Positions 9,422-18,224 of a stretch of DNA of 64,000 nucleotides are shown in pieces. Source of the DNA: Gordonia sp. (in: high G+C Gram-positive bacteria) (GTDB taxonomy: Bacteria > Actinomycetota > Actinomycetes > Mycobacteriales > Mycobacteriaceae); assembly GCF_047600565.1 (NCBI RefSeq), contig NZ_JASGKN010000001.1, positions 221,628 to 285,627 on the forward strand, given 5' to 3'. Under the pieces are notes generated by a model that saw only the letters and a list, made by a program, of their open reading frames with translations, was not told the DNA's origin and made no database searches. Within the stretch, counting starts at the first letter, position 1; each line of letters opens with the position of its first letter. The translations under genes were made by a program, and so were the position numbers.

Positions 9422-10095
9422 AGATCCTGGCCATCGACACCGCCACCCCGGCCGTCGTCACCGGTGCCGTCGACCTCTCACCGGATCAGACTCCGGTGGC
9501 GGTCGCCGAACGGGTCGTGCACGACCATCGCCGGCACGCGGAAGTGCTGACGACCCTGATGGCCGAGGTACTGGCCGAGGCCGGCTGGACCGGCGCCGAC
9601 CTCGACGCCGTGGTGGTCGGCTGCGGCCCGGGACCGTTCACCGGTCTGCGAGTCGGAATGGCCACGGCGGCCGCCTACGCCGACGCCCTCGCCGTGCCGG
9701 TGCACGGCGTCTGCTCACTGGACGCCGTGGCCGCCGCCGTCGAGGCCGACGGCGGCGAGCGGCCGCTGCTGGTGGTGACCGACGCCCGTCGCCGCGAGGT
9801 GTACTGGGCCCGCTACACGGCCGGCACCCGGAGCGCCGGCCCCGACGTGTGCGCCCCCGACGCCGTCGACCCGGCCGGCGCGGTGCTGGTCGCCGGCACC
9901 CCCGGATTCTCCGACCGCTACGGTCTGCCCGTCTCGCCCGTCGAGGTGCCGACCGCCGCCTCGCTCGTCACCGCAGCGGCCGGTGCGCTGAGGGCCGGCA
10001 CCGCACCGGAACCGCTCACCCCGCTCTACCTGCGTCGCCCCGACGCCGTCGAACTGAAGGACCAGCGACGCAAGTCGCTGCTGCCGGAGAAGTGA
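9418..10095 (+). CDS. tsaB: tRNA t6A37 biosynthesis protein TsaB
   Basis: MKILAIDTATPAVV and GPGPFTGLRVG. ATG 9418 overlaps the tsaE stop. Confidence 0.9.
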   Translation: MKILAIDTATPAVVTGAVDLSPDQTPVAVAERVVHDHRRHAEVLTTLMAEVLAEAGWTGADLDAVVVGCGPGPFTGLRVGMATAAAYADALAVPVHGVCSLDAVAAAVEADGGERPLLVVTDARRREVYWARYTAGTRSAGPDVCAPDAVDPAGAVLVAGTPGFSDRYGLPVSPVEVPTAASLVTAAAGALRAGTAPEPLTPLYLRRPDAVELKDQRRKSLLPEK

Positions 10096-10595
10096 CGGAT
10101 CAGGCCGGCTTCGTCGTCGACGACCTCGCCCTCGCCGACCTGCCGCGATGCGCGGAACTCGAAGCGCACCTGTTCGCCGGCGAGAGCCCCTGGCCCCTCG
10201 AAGGCTTCGTCAGCGAACTCGCCGCCCCCCACAACCGCTATTTCGCCCTGCGGGATTCGAGCGGCGGCGGAGAACTCGCGGGATACGCGGGCATCAGCCT
10301 GCTCGGACCGCCCGGCGAGCACGAATGCGAGATCCACACCATCGCCGTCGCCCCCGAACACCGCGGGCGCGGTGGCGGACGGATCCTCCTCGACCGGCTG
10401 CTGGAAGTTGCCGACGCCCAGGCCGCCCCGGTATTCCTGGAGGTGCGCACCGACAACACCGTCGCCCTCACCCTGTACGGCAGCGTCGGATTCACCGTCG
10501 CCGGGGTGCGCCGCAACTACTATCAGCCGTCCGGCGCCGACGCCTACGTCATGGCCAGGCCGCCGTCCGACAAGCTCAAGGAGCGTGACGCATGA
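10092..10595 (+). CDS. rimI: Ribosomal-protein-alanine N-acetyltransferase (GNAT)
   Basis: GNAT core [24 protein letters not shown] 10092 overlaps the tsaB stop. Its position in the tsaEBD cluster supports the call. Confidence 0.85.
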   Translation: MTDQAGFVVDDLALADLPRCAELEAHLFAGESPWPLEGFVSELAAPHNRYFALRDSSGGGELAGYAGISLLGPPGEHECEIHTIAVAPEHRGRGGGRILLDRLLEVADAQAAPVFLEVRTDNTVALTLYGSVGFTVAGVRRNYYQPSGADAYVMARPPSDKLKERDA

Positions 10596-11620
10596 TCGTC
10601 ATGGGCATCGAGAGCTCGTGCGACGAGACCGGTGTCGGCATCGTCGGCTGGGACGGCGAGAAGGCCACCCTGCTCGCCGACGAGGTCGCCTCGAGCGTCG
10701 ACGAACAGGCCCGCTACGGCGGCGTGGTGCCCGAGGTGGCGTCCCGCGCCCACCTCGAAGCGATCGTGCCGACCATGCAGCGGGCCCGCGAGACCGCCGG
10801 CATCGACCGTCCCGACGCCATCGCCGTCACCATCGGTCCCGGTCTCGCCGGGGCACTGCTGGTCGGTGTCGCCGCCGCCAAGGCCTACGCCCTCGCCTGG
10901 GACGTCCCGCTGTACGCGTTGAACCATCTCGGCGGGCACGTCGCCGTCGACACCCTCGAGCACGGACCCCTGCCGCCGGCCGTCGCGCTGCTGGTGTCGG
11001 GCGGTCACACCCACCTGCTCGGCATCACCGACCTCGCCCAGCCGATCGACGAACTCGGCACCACCATCGACGACGCGGCCGGCGAAGCCTTCGACAAGGT
11101 GGCGCGGCTCCTCGACATGGGCTACCCGGGCGGGCCCGCCATCGACCGGGCGGCCCGCGACGGCGACCCGGAGGCGATCCGGTTCCCGCGCGGTCTGACC
11201 GGTCCGCGCGACGCCCCCTACGACTTCTCGTTCAGTGGACTCAAGACGGCTGTCGCCCGCTACGTGGAGGGCGAGGTGAAAGCCGGCCGTGAGGTGAGCG
11301 TTCCCGATGTGGCGGCCTCGTTCCAGGAGGCGGTCGCCGACGTGCTCACCGCCAAGGCGCTCCGCGCCTGCGCGGACCGCGGCGTCGACACCCTGGTGCT
11401 CGGCGGCGGCGCCACCGCCAACTCGCGGATCCGGTCGCTCGCCGAGGAACGCACCCGCGCCGCGGGCATCGATCTGCGGGTGCCCGCGCCGCGCCTGTGC
11501 ACCGACAACGGAGTGATGATCGCGACGCTCGGCGCGCACGTGATCGGCAGCGGCGCCCCGCCGTCACCCCTGACCGTGGCCACCGATCCGGGCATGAGCG
11601 TCCAGATCAGCAAGCTGTAG
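10592..11620 (+). CDS. tsaD: tRNA N6-adenosine threonylcarbamoyltransferase
   Basis: [15 protein letters not shown] and metal-binding LNHLGGHV...SGGHTHLL. Confidence 0.95.
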   Translation: MIVMGIESSCDETGVGIVGWDGEKATLLADEVASSVDEQARYGGVVPEVASRAHLEAIVPTMQRARETAGIDRPDAIAVTIGPGLAGALLVGVAAAKAYALAWDVPLYALNHLGGHVAVDTLEHGPLPPAVALLVSGGHTHLLGITDLAQPIDELGTTIDDAAGEAFDKVARLLDMGYPGGPAIDRAARDGDPEAIRFPRGLTGPRDAPYDFSFSGLKTAVARYVEGEVKAGREVSVPDVAASFQEAVADVLTAKALRACADRGVDTLVLGGGATANSRIRSLAEERTRAAGIDLRVPAPRLCTDNGVMIATLGAHVIGSGAPPSPLTVATDPGMSVQISKL

Positions 11621-12424
11621 TCACTGATCCAGCGTCGCTCCACCGTCGACACGGAGATCGTGCAGGGTGATGTGCCGGGCCGCGTCGGAGGCCAGGAACG
11701 TCACCGTGGCGGCGATGTCCTCGGGCTGCGCCAGCCGCTGCAACGGGATCCCGAGCCGGTACTGGTCGGGGGTGCCGGCGATGACGGCGGCGGCGTGCTC
11801 GTCGGGGGAGCGGTCACCGGCCCACATGCCGCGCAGCATCGGGGTGTCCGTCGATCCGGGGGACACCACGTTGCAGCGGACTCCGCGCGACGACAGCTCC
11901 AGTCCGACGCTGCGGACCAGTGAGGTGACCGCGGCCTTGGTCGCACCGTAGGCACCCAATCCGAGTCGCGGGCTGGCACCCGAGTTCGAGGAGACCACCG
12001 TGATGGTGCCGCCGTCGGCGACGGTACGGGTCGCCGCGCGCAGCAGGGCCATCGTCGCGGTCGTGTTGACGGCGACGAGACGATCCCAGTCGGCGTCGGT
12101 CAGGTCGGCGATGGTGCCGGTCGTCAACACGCCCGCGGTGTGGGCGATCGTGGTGAGCGGCCCGCCCAGTCGCTGCGGCGCCTCGGCGACCAGGTCGGCG
12201 ACCGCGTCCCGATCGGCCAGATCCGCCACCAGTGCGGTGGCGCCGAGCTCACCGGCGACCTGCTCCACAGCCGGATCGACGTCCGAGAGCAGGACCTGGG
12301 CGCCGGCGTCGACGAAGGCGCGGGCGACGGCCCGACCGATGCCGCCCGCCGCACCGGTCACCAGCGCCCGCCGGCCCGCCAGTCGATCAGGCATCGGCTG
12401 ATCAGGCATCGGCTGATCAGGCAT
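11621..12424 (-). CDS. 2,3-dihydro-2,3-dihydroxybenzoate dehydrogenase-like SDR (EntA/DhbA type)
   Basis: Rossmann motif VTGAAGGIGRAV and the SDR C-terminal region NVVSPGSTDTPM. It is the last gene of the NRPS-isochorismatase operon. Three candidate ATG starts (12424, 12409, 12394) lie in a 15-bp repeat. Confidence 0.8.
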   Translation of the reverse strand: MPDQPMPDQPMPDRLAGRRALVTGAAGGIGRAVARAFVDAGAQVLLSDVDPAVEQVAGELGATALVADLADRDAVADLVAEAPQRLGGPLTTIAHTAGVLTTGTIADLTDADWDRLVAVNTTATMALLRAATRTVADGGTITVVSSNSGASPRLGLGAYGATKAAVTSLVRSVGLELSSRGVRCNVVSPGSTDTPMLRGMWAGDRSPDEHAAAVIAGTPDQYRLGIPLQRLAQPEDIAATVTFLASDAARHITLHDLRVDGGATLDQ

Positions 12425-12429
12425 CGGCG
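12385..12429. repeat. 3 x 15-bp tandem repeat at the isochorismatase/dehydrogenase gene junction
   Basis: gatcaggcatcggct occurs three times, the third copy with one mismatch. On the minus strand it reads MPDQP MPDQP MPD. Confidence 0.9.
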
Positions 12430-13070
12430 GCGGCCTTCACCCCGAGCGCGGCCAGCGCGTCGGCCGTCGCCAGCGGCACCCCGCACGTGGTGCTCACGTA
12501 GTCGACCGCGGCGCCGTGGAAGGGGGCGTTGAAGTCGGCGACCGCGTCGGTCACCAGAAACGCCTGCACGTCCTGCATGAACGCGTCCGCCGCGGTCAGC
12601 ATGACGCCGATGTGTGCGTAGATGCCGGTGATGATCAGCTGATCGCGGCCGTCATGGGCCAGCAGCGAGCGCAGATCGGTGCGCGCGAACGCCGAGTACC
12701 GCCACTTGGTGATCTCGACGTCGTTCGGGCGAGTCGCCAGGTCGTCGATGATCCGGGCCTCGTCGTCGTCTCCGATCCCGGTGCCCCAGCGTTCGGTGAG
12801 CAGACCGCGGCGCGACGGATGCTGACGTGGCGGCTGCGCGGTGTAGACGACCGGCATCCCCGCCCGGTCGGCGGCGTCGCGCAGTGCCGCGATGTTCGGG
12901 ATCACCGTGGCCAGAGGTTCGGCGCCCGGCTCGTAGGCGTCCACGAAGTAGTTCTGCATGTCGTGGATCAACAGGGCGGCCCGGTCCGGGTCGATGGTCC
13001 AGTCCAGCTGGGGCGTCGTCCGCACCGTGACGTCGGCCATGGTGTACGGCGCAATCGGGGGGATGGACAT
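12417..13070 (-). CDS. Isochorismatase (EntB/DhbB hydrolase domain only, no carrier domain)
   Basis: ALLIHDMQNYF and QLIITGIYAHIGV motifs. I prefer the start MSIPPIAPYT at 13070, which has a GGAGAA Shine-Dalgarno sequence. The protein is 217 aa, so it lacks the ArCP domain of EntB. Confidence 0.85.
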   Translation of the reverse strand: MSIPPIAPYTMADVTVRTTPQLDWTIDPDRAALLIHDMQNYFVDAYEPGAEPLATVIPNIAALRDAADRAGMPVVYTAQPPRQHPSRRGLLTERWGTGIGDDDEARIIDDLATRPNDVEITKWRYSAFARTDLRSLLAHDGRDQLIITGIYAHIGVMLTAADAFMQDVQAFLVTDAVADFNAPFHGAAVDYVSTTCGVPLATADALAALGVKAAADA

Positions 13071-13081
13071 GGGTTCTCCGA

Positions 13082-16000
13082 TCAGGATTCGGGATGGTGG
13101 TCGGTGGGAGCGGTCAGCTCGGTCAGGAGGAGGTCGGCCCACCACGGCAGGTCGTGGCCGCCGGGATAGGTGGTCAGGGACACCGGCCAGCCGGCGTCGG
13201 ACAGTTCACGGGCCAGTGCGCCGACCGGATCGACGAGCAGACGCTCGTTGAGTCCCACCGCGAGCCGAAGGGGCCGCGGGGGCGCCGACTCGAGTTCGCC
13301 GGCGATCCAGCTGCGGTCGCCGCCGACGTCGGCCGGGCGACCGGTCAGGCCGGGCTTCCACCAGAGCGACGGTGAGTAGACGATCAACTCGTCGACCGCA
13401 TCGGGATGCCAGGCGGCGGCGGCGAGCGCCGTCAGGCCGCCCAGGCTCTGCCCGGTCCACACGACCGTGGTCGGGCCCTCGAGGCGCGCCCTGGCGTGAG
13501 CCACGGTGTCGGCGACGGCGCGGACGAAGTCGCGGTTGGCGCCGAGCTGCTGCAGCCGGGCGGGACCGCCGGCCGGAGAATCGATGCCGAGCAGGGCGAT
13601 CGGGGCGCCCGAGCCGGCGCGGGCGAGAACACCGGGCAGGTCGCACACGTCGAACCACTTGTCCGCGTCCGGAACCACGACCAGTCGGGTCGGCTGCTGC
13701 CGGTCGCCGCCGGACGGTGCGATCAGCCGCCATCGGATCGGGTCGCCCGGTCCCGGCAGGACTCCTTCGGCGAGCGGTGCGGGCCGGTCGTCGCCGACCC
13801 GCCAGCCGTCGAGGTCCGGGGCGCCGTCGGTGACCAGGACCGACCCGAACGGGGAGGACTGTGCGTCCGGGTTCGTCGGATCGCTGACGGCGGCGTCGGC
13901 CACCGGCCGGGAGTAGCGGAGACGGCCGTCGACGAGAGCCGGGTCGTCGGCGCGGTACGGGTAGAAACGGTAGGTGGCCAGGGTGCCGCGCGGCACCGCG
14001 AACTCGGTGAACCACAGCGGAGTCGAACCCCAGCGACGCAGTTCGCCGTCCGGGCCGTCCGGGGCGTCGGTGATCCGGTTGACCCAGGCGTACACGCCGG
14101 CCGCGTCGTCCGGTGCCGTATGGGTGAGCAGCACCCGCTGCGACGCCGGGTCGTCGGGATGGTCGGTGATCAGCGGGGTTCCGTGGCGGCGCAGAGCGTC
14201 CATCACCTCGTCCGCGTCGGCACCGGGCTCGGTGTCGACGATGCGGGACCGCAGCGCCTCGGGGCCGTCGCCGGTGCAGCGGTCCACGGCGGGGTCGGCG
14301 AGGGCGGCCGCCACGGTGGCCAGAGTCTCCGGCGACACCATGCCGGGATGGTTCACCGGCAGCTCGGTGTAGGCCACCGAGCCCTCGATGTGAGGTTCCC
14401 ACGCTCGCGGCGAAAGGAAGTCCTCGGCGCTCTCGGCGGCCGCGTAGTGCCGCGCGTCAGCGCCGATCACCCCGGTGCGGTGCGCGCGCATGAGGGTCGC
14501 GAAGTGGGCGACGACATCGGTGATGCGGCGGACCTGTTCGGTGGTCAGACCGCCCAGGGCCGCATGGTTCTCGCGCAGCGCCGCCAGTACGTCGTCGTCC
14601 GACCGCAGGTCGTCGTCCGACGAGTCGGCGCCCGCCATGATCAGCAGGGCACGCCGCACCTCGGCGGGGGTGGCGGGCGGCTGATCGGCCCAGCATTCGC
14701 TGGGGTAGGCGTCCAGCAGCACCACCTGGCTCACCTCGCGGCCCCGCTCGGAGGCCAGGACGGCGATCTCGTGGGCGATCACGCCGCCCACCGACCAGCC
14801 GAGCAGCCGGATCGGGCCGTCCGGGGCGACCGAGTCGATGGTGTCGAGGTAGCTGCGGGCGACCTCGGTGATCGACTCGGGCAGCGGTCCGCCGTCCAGG
14901 CCGTCGGCCTGCAACGCGTACAGGCCGATCCGCGGATCGAGAACCGGAAGCAGGCCGGCGTAACACCAGCCGAGACCGCCGGCGGGATGGATCGCGAACA
15001 CCGGGGCCACCCGATCACCGGGGTCGCCGCCGTCCGGGGCCGGCCGCAAGGTGAGGAGCCGCCCGAAGGCGTCGCCGGATTCTCCGCCGTCCAGGCGGGC
15101 CGCGAGGGCGGCCACCGACGGGGCACCGAACAGGTCGGCCACCCCGAACGGTTCGCCCAGGGCCTCCGAGCATCGGCGCGCCAGCACCGAGGCGGTCAGC
15201 GACGTGCCACCGAGATCGAAGAAGCTGTCGGTCACCGACACGTGGTCACGTCCCAGGGCGGCGGCGAACAGCGGCTCCAGCGCGGCCTCCCGCGGAGAGC
15301 GCGGAGCGACCACGTCGTCGCTGCCGAGCTGCGGCTCGGGAAGTGCGCGGCGATCCAGCTTGCCGTTGCGGGTCATCGGCAGAGCGGCCAGCACCTCGAC
15401 GGCGTCGGGAACCATGTACGACGGCAGTCGGCGCGACAACCGGTCACGCAGGTCGGTGCTGTCCACCTCGACGCCGACGGCCGGGACGACGTACCCGACG
15501 ATGAGGGTGGACGGGCCGGTACCGGTGACGACCTCACGGGTGATCACGGCGGCCTGATCGACACCGTCGAGGTCGGCCAGAGCGGCCTGGATCTCGCCCA
15601 GCTCGATGCGTCGGCCGCGGACCTTCACCTGATCGTCCACCCGGCCGTCGTAGATCAGCAGACCGGCGTCGTCGCGGTGCACCAGGTCGCCGGTCGCGTA
15701 CATGCGCTCGCCGGCGACGAACGGATCGGGCACGAACTTCTGCGCCGTCAGCTCCGGCCGGCCGACGTAGCCGCGCGCCAGCTGGATACCGGCCAGATAC
15801 AGTTCGCCGACCGCGCCGGGGACCTGCGGGCGCCGGGCCGAGTCCAGCACGTAGGTGCGGGTGTTGGCGATGGGGGAGCCGATCGGCACCTCGGTGCCGT
15901 CCCAGTCCGGTCCGGGGGTCCACTCGGTGACGTCGACGGCGGCCTCGGTCGGACCGTACAGGTTCGCGATCCGCGTGCCCGGCAGAGTGTCGAGACCGCG

Positions 16001-18160
16001 GCGCAGCACGTCCGGCGGCAGCGCTTCACCGGAGCACACCACCAGCCGCAGCGGATTGGGTCCGGCATCGGCTGGGCCGGCGGCGAGGAAGGCGGCCAGC
16101 GCCGACGGGACGAAGTGGCAGACCGTGATGCCCTGGGCGACGAACTCCCGGGCCAGGCCAGCGCTGTCGCGTTCGAGTCCCGGAGTGGCCAGCACCAGGG
16201 TGGCCCCGGTGATCAACGGCCAGAAGAACTCCCATACCGAGACGTCGAACGAATACGGAGTCTTCTGCACCACCCGATCGTCACCGGTGAGCGTGAACTC
16301 CCGATCCATCCACAGCAGCCGGTTCACGATGCTGCGGTGCTCGACCAGCACGCCCTTCGGCCGTCCGGTCGATCCGGACGTGAAGATGATGTACGCGCCG
16401 TCCTCCGGGGTCGGCGGCTCGTCTCCGGTGCTCGAGTCCGGCACGTTCGGTGAGTCCGTCGACGGGAGCGACTCGATCCGCAGCGCCAGACCGTCGTGCG
16501 TCCAGTCGGGGTCGTCGCCGTCCGGCGCTGTCAGCAGGACGCGTGCCCGGGTGTCCTCGAGCATGCCGTCGATGCGTTCGGCGGGCAGTTCCGGATCGAT
16601 CGGCAGATAGGCGGCGCCGCAGTCGAGGGCGGCGAGCAGTCCGGCGACGGTCTCGGGGGAGCGGACCAGCCGGAGAGCGACCACGTCGCCGCGGCCGACG
16701 CCGCGCCGGCGCAGTTCGGCCGCCAGCGAGGAGACCGTCGCGCGCAGTCCGGCGTAGGTGAGCGCGTTCTCGCCCCAGACCAGTGCGGTGCGGTCGGCGA
16801 ATCGGTCACCGGCCGCCGCCAGCAACGCCGTCAGCGTCGTGGTGGAGGCCGTCTCCCGCAGCGCGGGATCGTCGGTGCGGTTGAGCTCGACCACCTCGTG
16901 CCGCGCCTCCTGCGCGGTGGCGATCGGCAGCGAACCCAACGTCACAGCGGCGTCGTCGGCGCTGATCCGGGAGAGCAGCGCGGCGAGGCGGTCGGCGTGG
17001 GCGTGGGACTCGTCGACGCCGTAGCGCGCCGGATTGGTCTCCACTTCGAGCACGAAGCCGCCGTCCGGCGCAGGGGAACCGGTCACCGTCAGATCGTCGA
17101 CGGGACCCATCGCGATGTTGCCGACGGTGCCGGTGGCGTCGCCGAACGTCAGCTGCGGAGTGAAGAACTTCAGGTTGGCGCTCGGTCCGAACAGCGGGGT
17201 ATCGGCCCCGACCAGACCCAGATCGCGGCGCAGGCGGTCGGCGCGATAGCCGGTGTGCGGCCGGACGGTGCGCAGCTCGGTGGCGACGGCGCCGATCAAC
17301 TCGCCGACCGTCATCGTGGGGGTCGCCTCCACCCGCAACGGCAGGATGTTGACCTCCGGCTCCATGGTGGGCGGAGCCCCCAGCCGCCGGTTGGCCCACG
17401 GGACACCGAGGGTCACCGAGGTCTCGCCGGTCAGCGTGGCGGTGTAGCAGGCCAGGGTCGCCATCAGCGATTCCGCCCAGCCCCGGTCGGTGTTGGCGGT
17501 ACGCGGTGCCAGACGCACGGTGGTGCGCCGCGCGCGTGCGGTCGCCGGGGACGGCTCGGCGCGGGACACCGACGGCGGTCGCGCCGAGTCCAGATAGCCG
17601 GCCCAGAACTCGGCATCCTCGGGCGTCGGGGCGTCGGCAGTTGGGTCGGGGGCGGCCGGGTCGGGGGTGGCGAACGGCGACTCCGGGAGGGGATCTCCGG
17701 CGGCGTCGGCCGTGTACGAGTCGGCGATCCAGCGCAGCAGTCGCGCGAACGAGTAGCCGTCCACCGCGACGTGATGGATCCGGGTGATCCAGACGTGCCG
17801 GTCGTCGCCGATCCGGACCAGGTGCTGAGCGGAGAGCTGCTCGCCCGCGATCGTGTTCGAGATCGGCGGGCAGCCCATCGCGGCATCGACGACCGCGTCC
17901 AGCTGCTCGCCGGCGTCGTGCACCACCACCGGGTGCCGGCGGGGCTCGGGGATCCGCCGCGGTCCGTCGCCGTCGTCGGTGTACCGGGCGTTCAGCGCGG
18001 GCACCTGCGCCAGGCATCGGCTCACGACGTCGGCGAAGCGTTCGGCGTCGAAGGGGCCGTCGATCTCCACCCGCTCCGCGCACTGATAGACCGGTGCGTC
18101 GGCGACCTGCTGCTGGGCGAACCACACAGCGAGCTGAGCGGGGGTCAGGTCGACGGACAA
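13082..18160 (-). CDS. Single-module NRPS (C-A-T-TE) fused to a C-terminal enterochelin-esterase (Fes)-like domain
   Basis: C domain: HHVAVDGYS at aa 129-137. A domain: YIIFTSGSTGRPKGV, NLYGPTEA, YATGDLV, GRVDDQVKVRGRRIELGEI, NGKLDRRAL. T domain: FFDLGGTSL with Ser987. TE domain: GWSVGG with Ser1123. From about aa 1305 to 1692 there is an esterase with WFTEFAVPRGTLATYRFYPY and WTGQSLGGLTAL (Ser1572). Confidence 0.93.
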   Translation of the reverse strand: MSVDLTPAQLAVWFAQQQVADAPVYQCAERVEIDGPFDAERFADVVSRCLAQVPALNARYTDDGDGPRRIPEPRRHPVVVHDAGEQLDAVVDAAMGCPPISNTIAGEQLSAQHLVRIGDDRHVWITRIHHVAVDGYSFARLLRWIADSYTADAAGDPLPESPFATPDPAAPDPTADAPTPEDAEFWAGYLDSARPPSVSRAEPSPATARARRTTVRLAPRTANTDRGWAESLMATLACYTATLTGETSVTLGVPWANRRLGAPPTMEPEVNILPLRVEATPTMTVGELIGAVATELRTVRPHTGYRADRLRRDLGLVGADTPLFGPSANLKFFTPQLTFGDATGTVGNIAMGPVDDLTVTGSPAPDGGFVLEVETNPARYGVDESHAHADRLAALLSRISADDAAVTLGSLPIATAQEARHEVVELNRTDDPALRETASTTTLTALLAAAGDRFADRTALVWGENALTYAGLRATVSSLAAELRRRGVGRGDVVALRLVRSPETVAGLLAALDCGAAYLPIDPELPAERIDGMLEDTRARVLLTAPDGDDPDWTHDGLALRIESLPSTDSPNVPDSSTGDEPPTPEDGAYIIFTSGSTGRPKGVLVEHRSIVNRLLWMDREFTLTGDDRVVQKTPYSFDVSVWEFFWPLITGATLVLATPGLERDSAGLAREFVAQGITVCHFVPSALAAFLAAGPADAGPNPLRLVVCSGEALPPDVLRRGLDTLPGTRIANLYGPTEAAVDVTEWTPGPDWDGTEVPIGSPIANTRTYVLDSARRPQVPGAVGELYLAGIQLARGYVGRPELTAQKFVPDPFVAGERMYATGDLVHRDDAGLLIYDGRVDDQVKVRGRRIELGEIQAALADLDGVDQAAVITREVVTGTGPSTLIVGYVVPAVGVEVDSTDLRDRLSRRLPSYMVPDAVEVLAALPMTRNGKLDRRALPEPQLGSDDVVAPRSPREAALEPLFAAALGRDHVSVTDSFFDLGGTSLTASVLARRCSEALGEPFGVADLFGAPSVAALAARLDGGESGDAFGRLLTLRPAPDGGDPGDRVAPVFAIHPAGGLGWCYAGLLPVLDPRIGLYALQADGLDGGPLPESITEVARSYLDTIDSVAPDGPIRLLGWSVGGVIAHEIAVLASERGREVSQVVLLDAYPSECWADQPPATPAEVRRALLIMAGADSSDDDLRSDDDVLAALRENHAALGGLTTEQVRRITDVVAHFATLMRAHRTGVIGADARHYAAAESAEDFLSPRAWEPHIEGSVAYTELPVNHPGMVSPETLATVAAALADPAVDRCTGDGPEALRSRIVDTEPGADADEVMDALRRHGTPLITDHPDDPASQRVLLTHTAPDDAAGVYAWVNRITDAPDGPDGELRRWGSTPLWFTEFAVPRGTLATYRFYPYRADDPALVDGRLRYSRPVADAAVSDPTNPDAQSSPFGSVLVTDGAPDLDGWRVGDDRPAPLAEGVLPGPGDPIRWRLIAPSGGDRQQPTRLVVVPDADKWFDVCDLPGVLARAGSGAPIALLGIDSPAGGPARLQQLGANRDFVRAVADTVAHARARLEGPTTVVWTGQSLGGLTALAAAAWHPDAVDELIVYSPSLWWKPGLTGRPADVGGDRSWIAGELESAPPRPLRLAVGLNERLLVDPVGALARELSDAGWPVSLTTYPGGHDLPWWADLLLTELTAPTDHHPES

Positions 18161-18194
18161 AGGCGTGCTTCCGGATCGGTAGTCGGACTATAAG

Positions 18195-18213
18195 TAAGGT
18201 TAGCCTATGAACT
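18195..18213. promoter_or_regulatory. Weak candidate IdeR/DtxR iron box in the divergent NRPS / DHB-AMP ligase promoter region
   Basis: TAAGGTTAGCCTATGAACT matches the remembered consensus TTAGGTTAGCCTAACCTAA at 12 of 19 positions. The left half is nearly perfect and the right half is poor. It lies in an unusually AT-rich 64-nt intergenic region. Confidence 0.3.
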
Positions 18214-18224
18214 AGAATCCCCTC

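Noticed and set aside
13406-18193. Plus-strand ORFs of 1015 aa and 565 aa across the NRPS locus
   Set aside because: They are antisense to an NRPS with all core motifs in order, and they contain no domains of their own.
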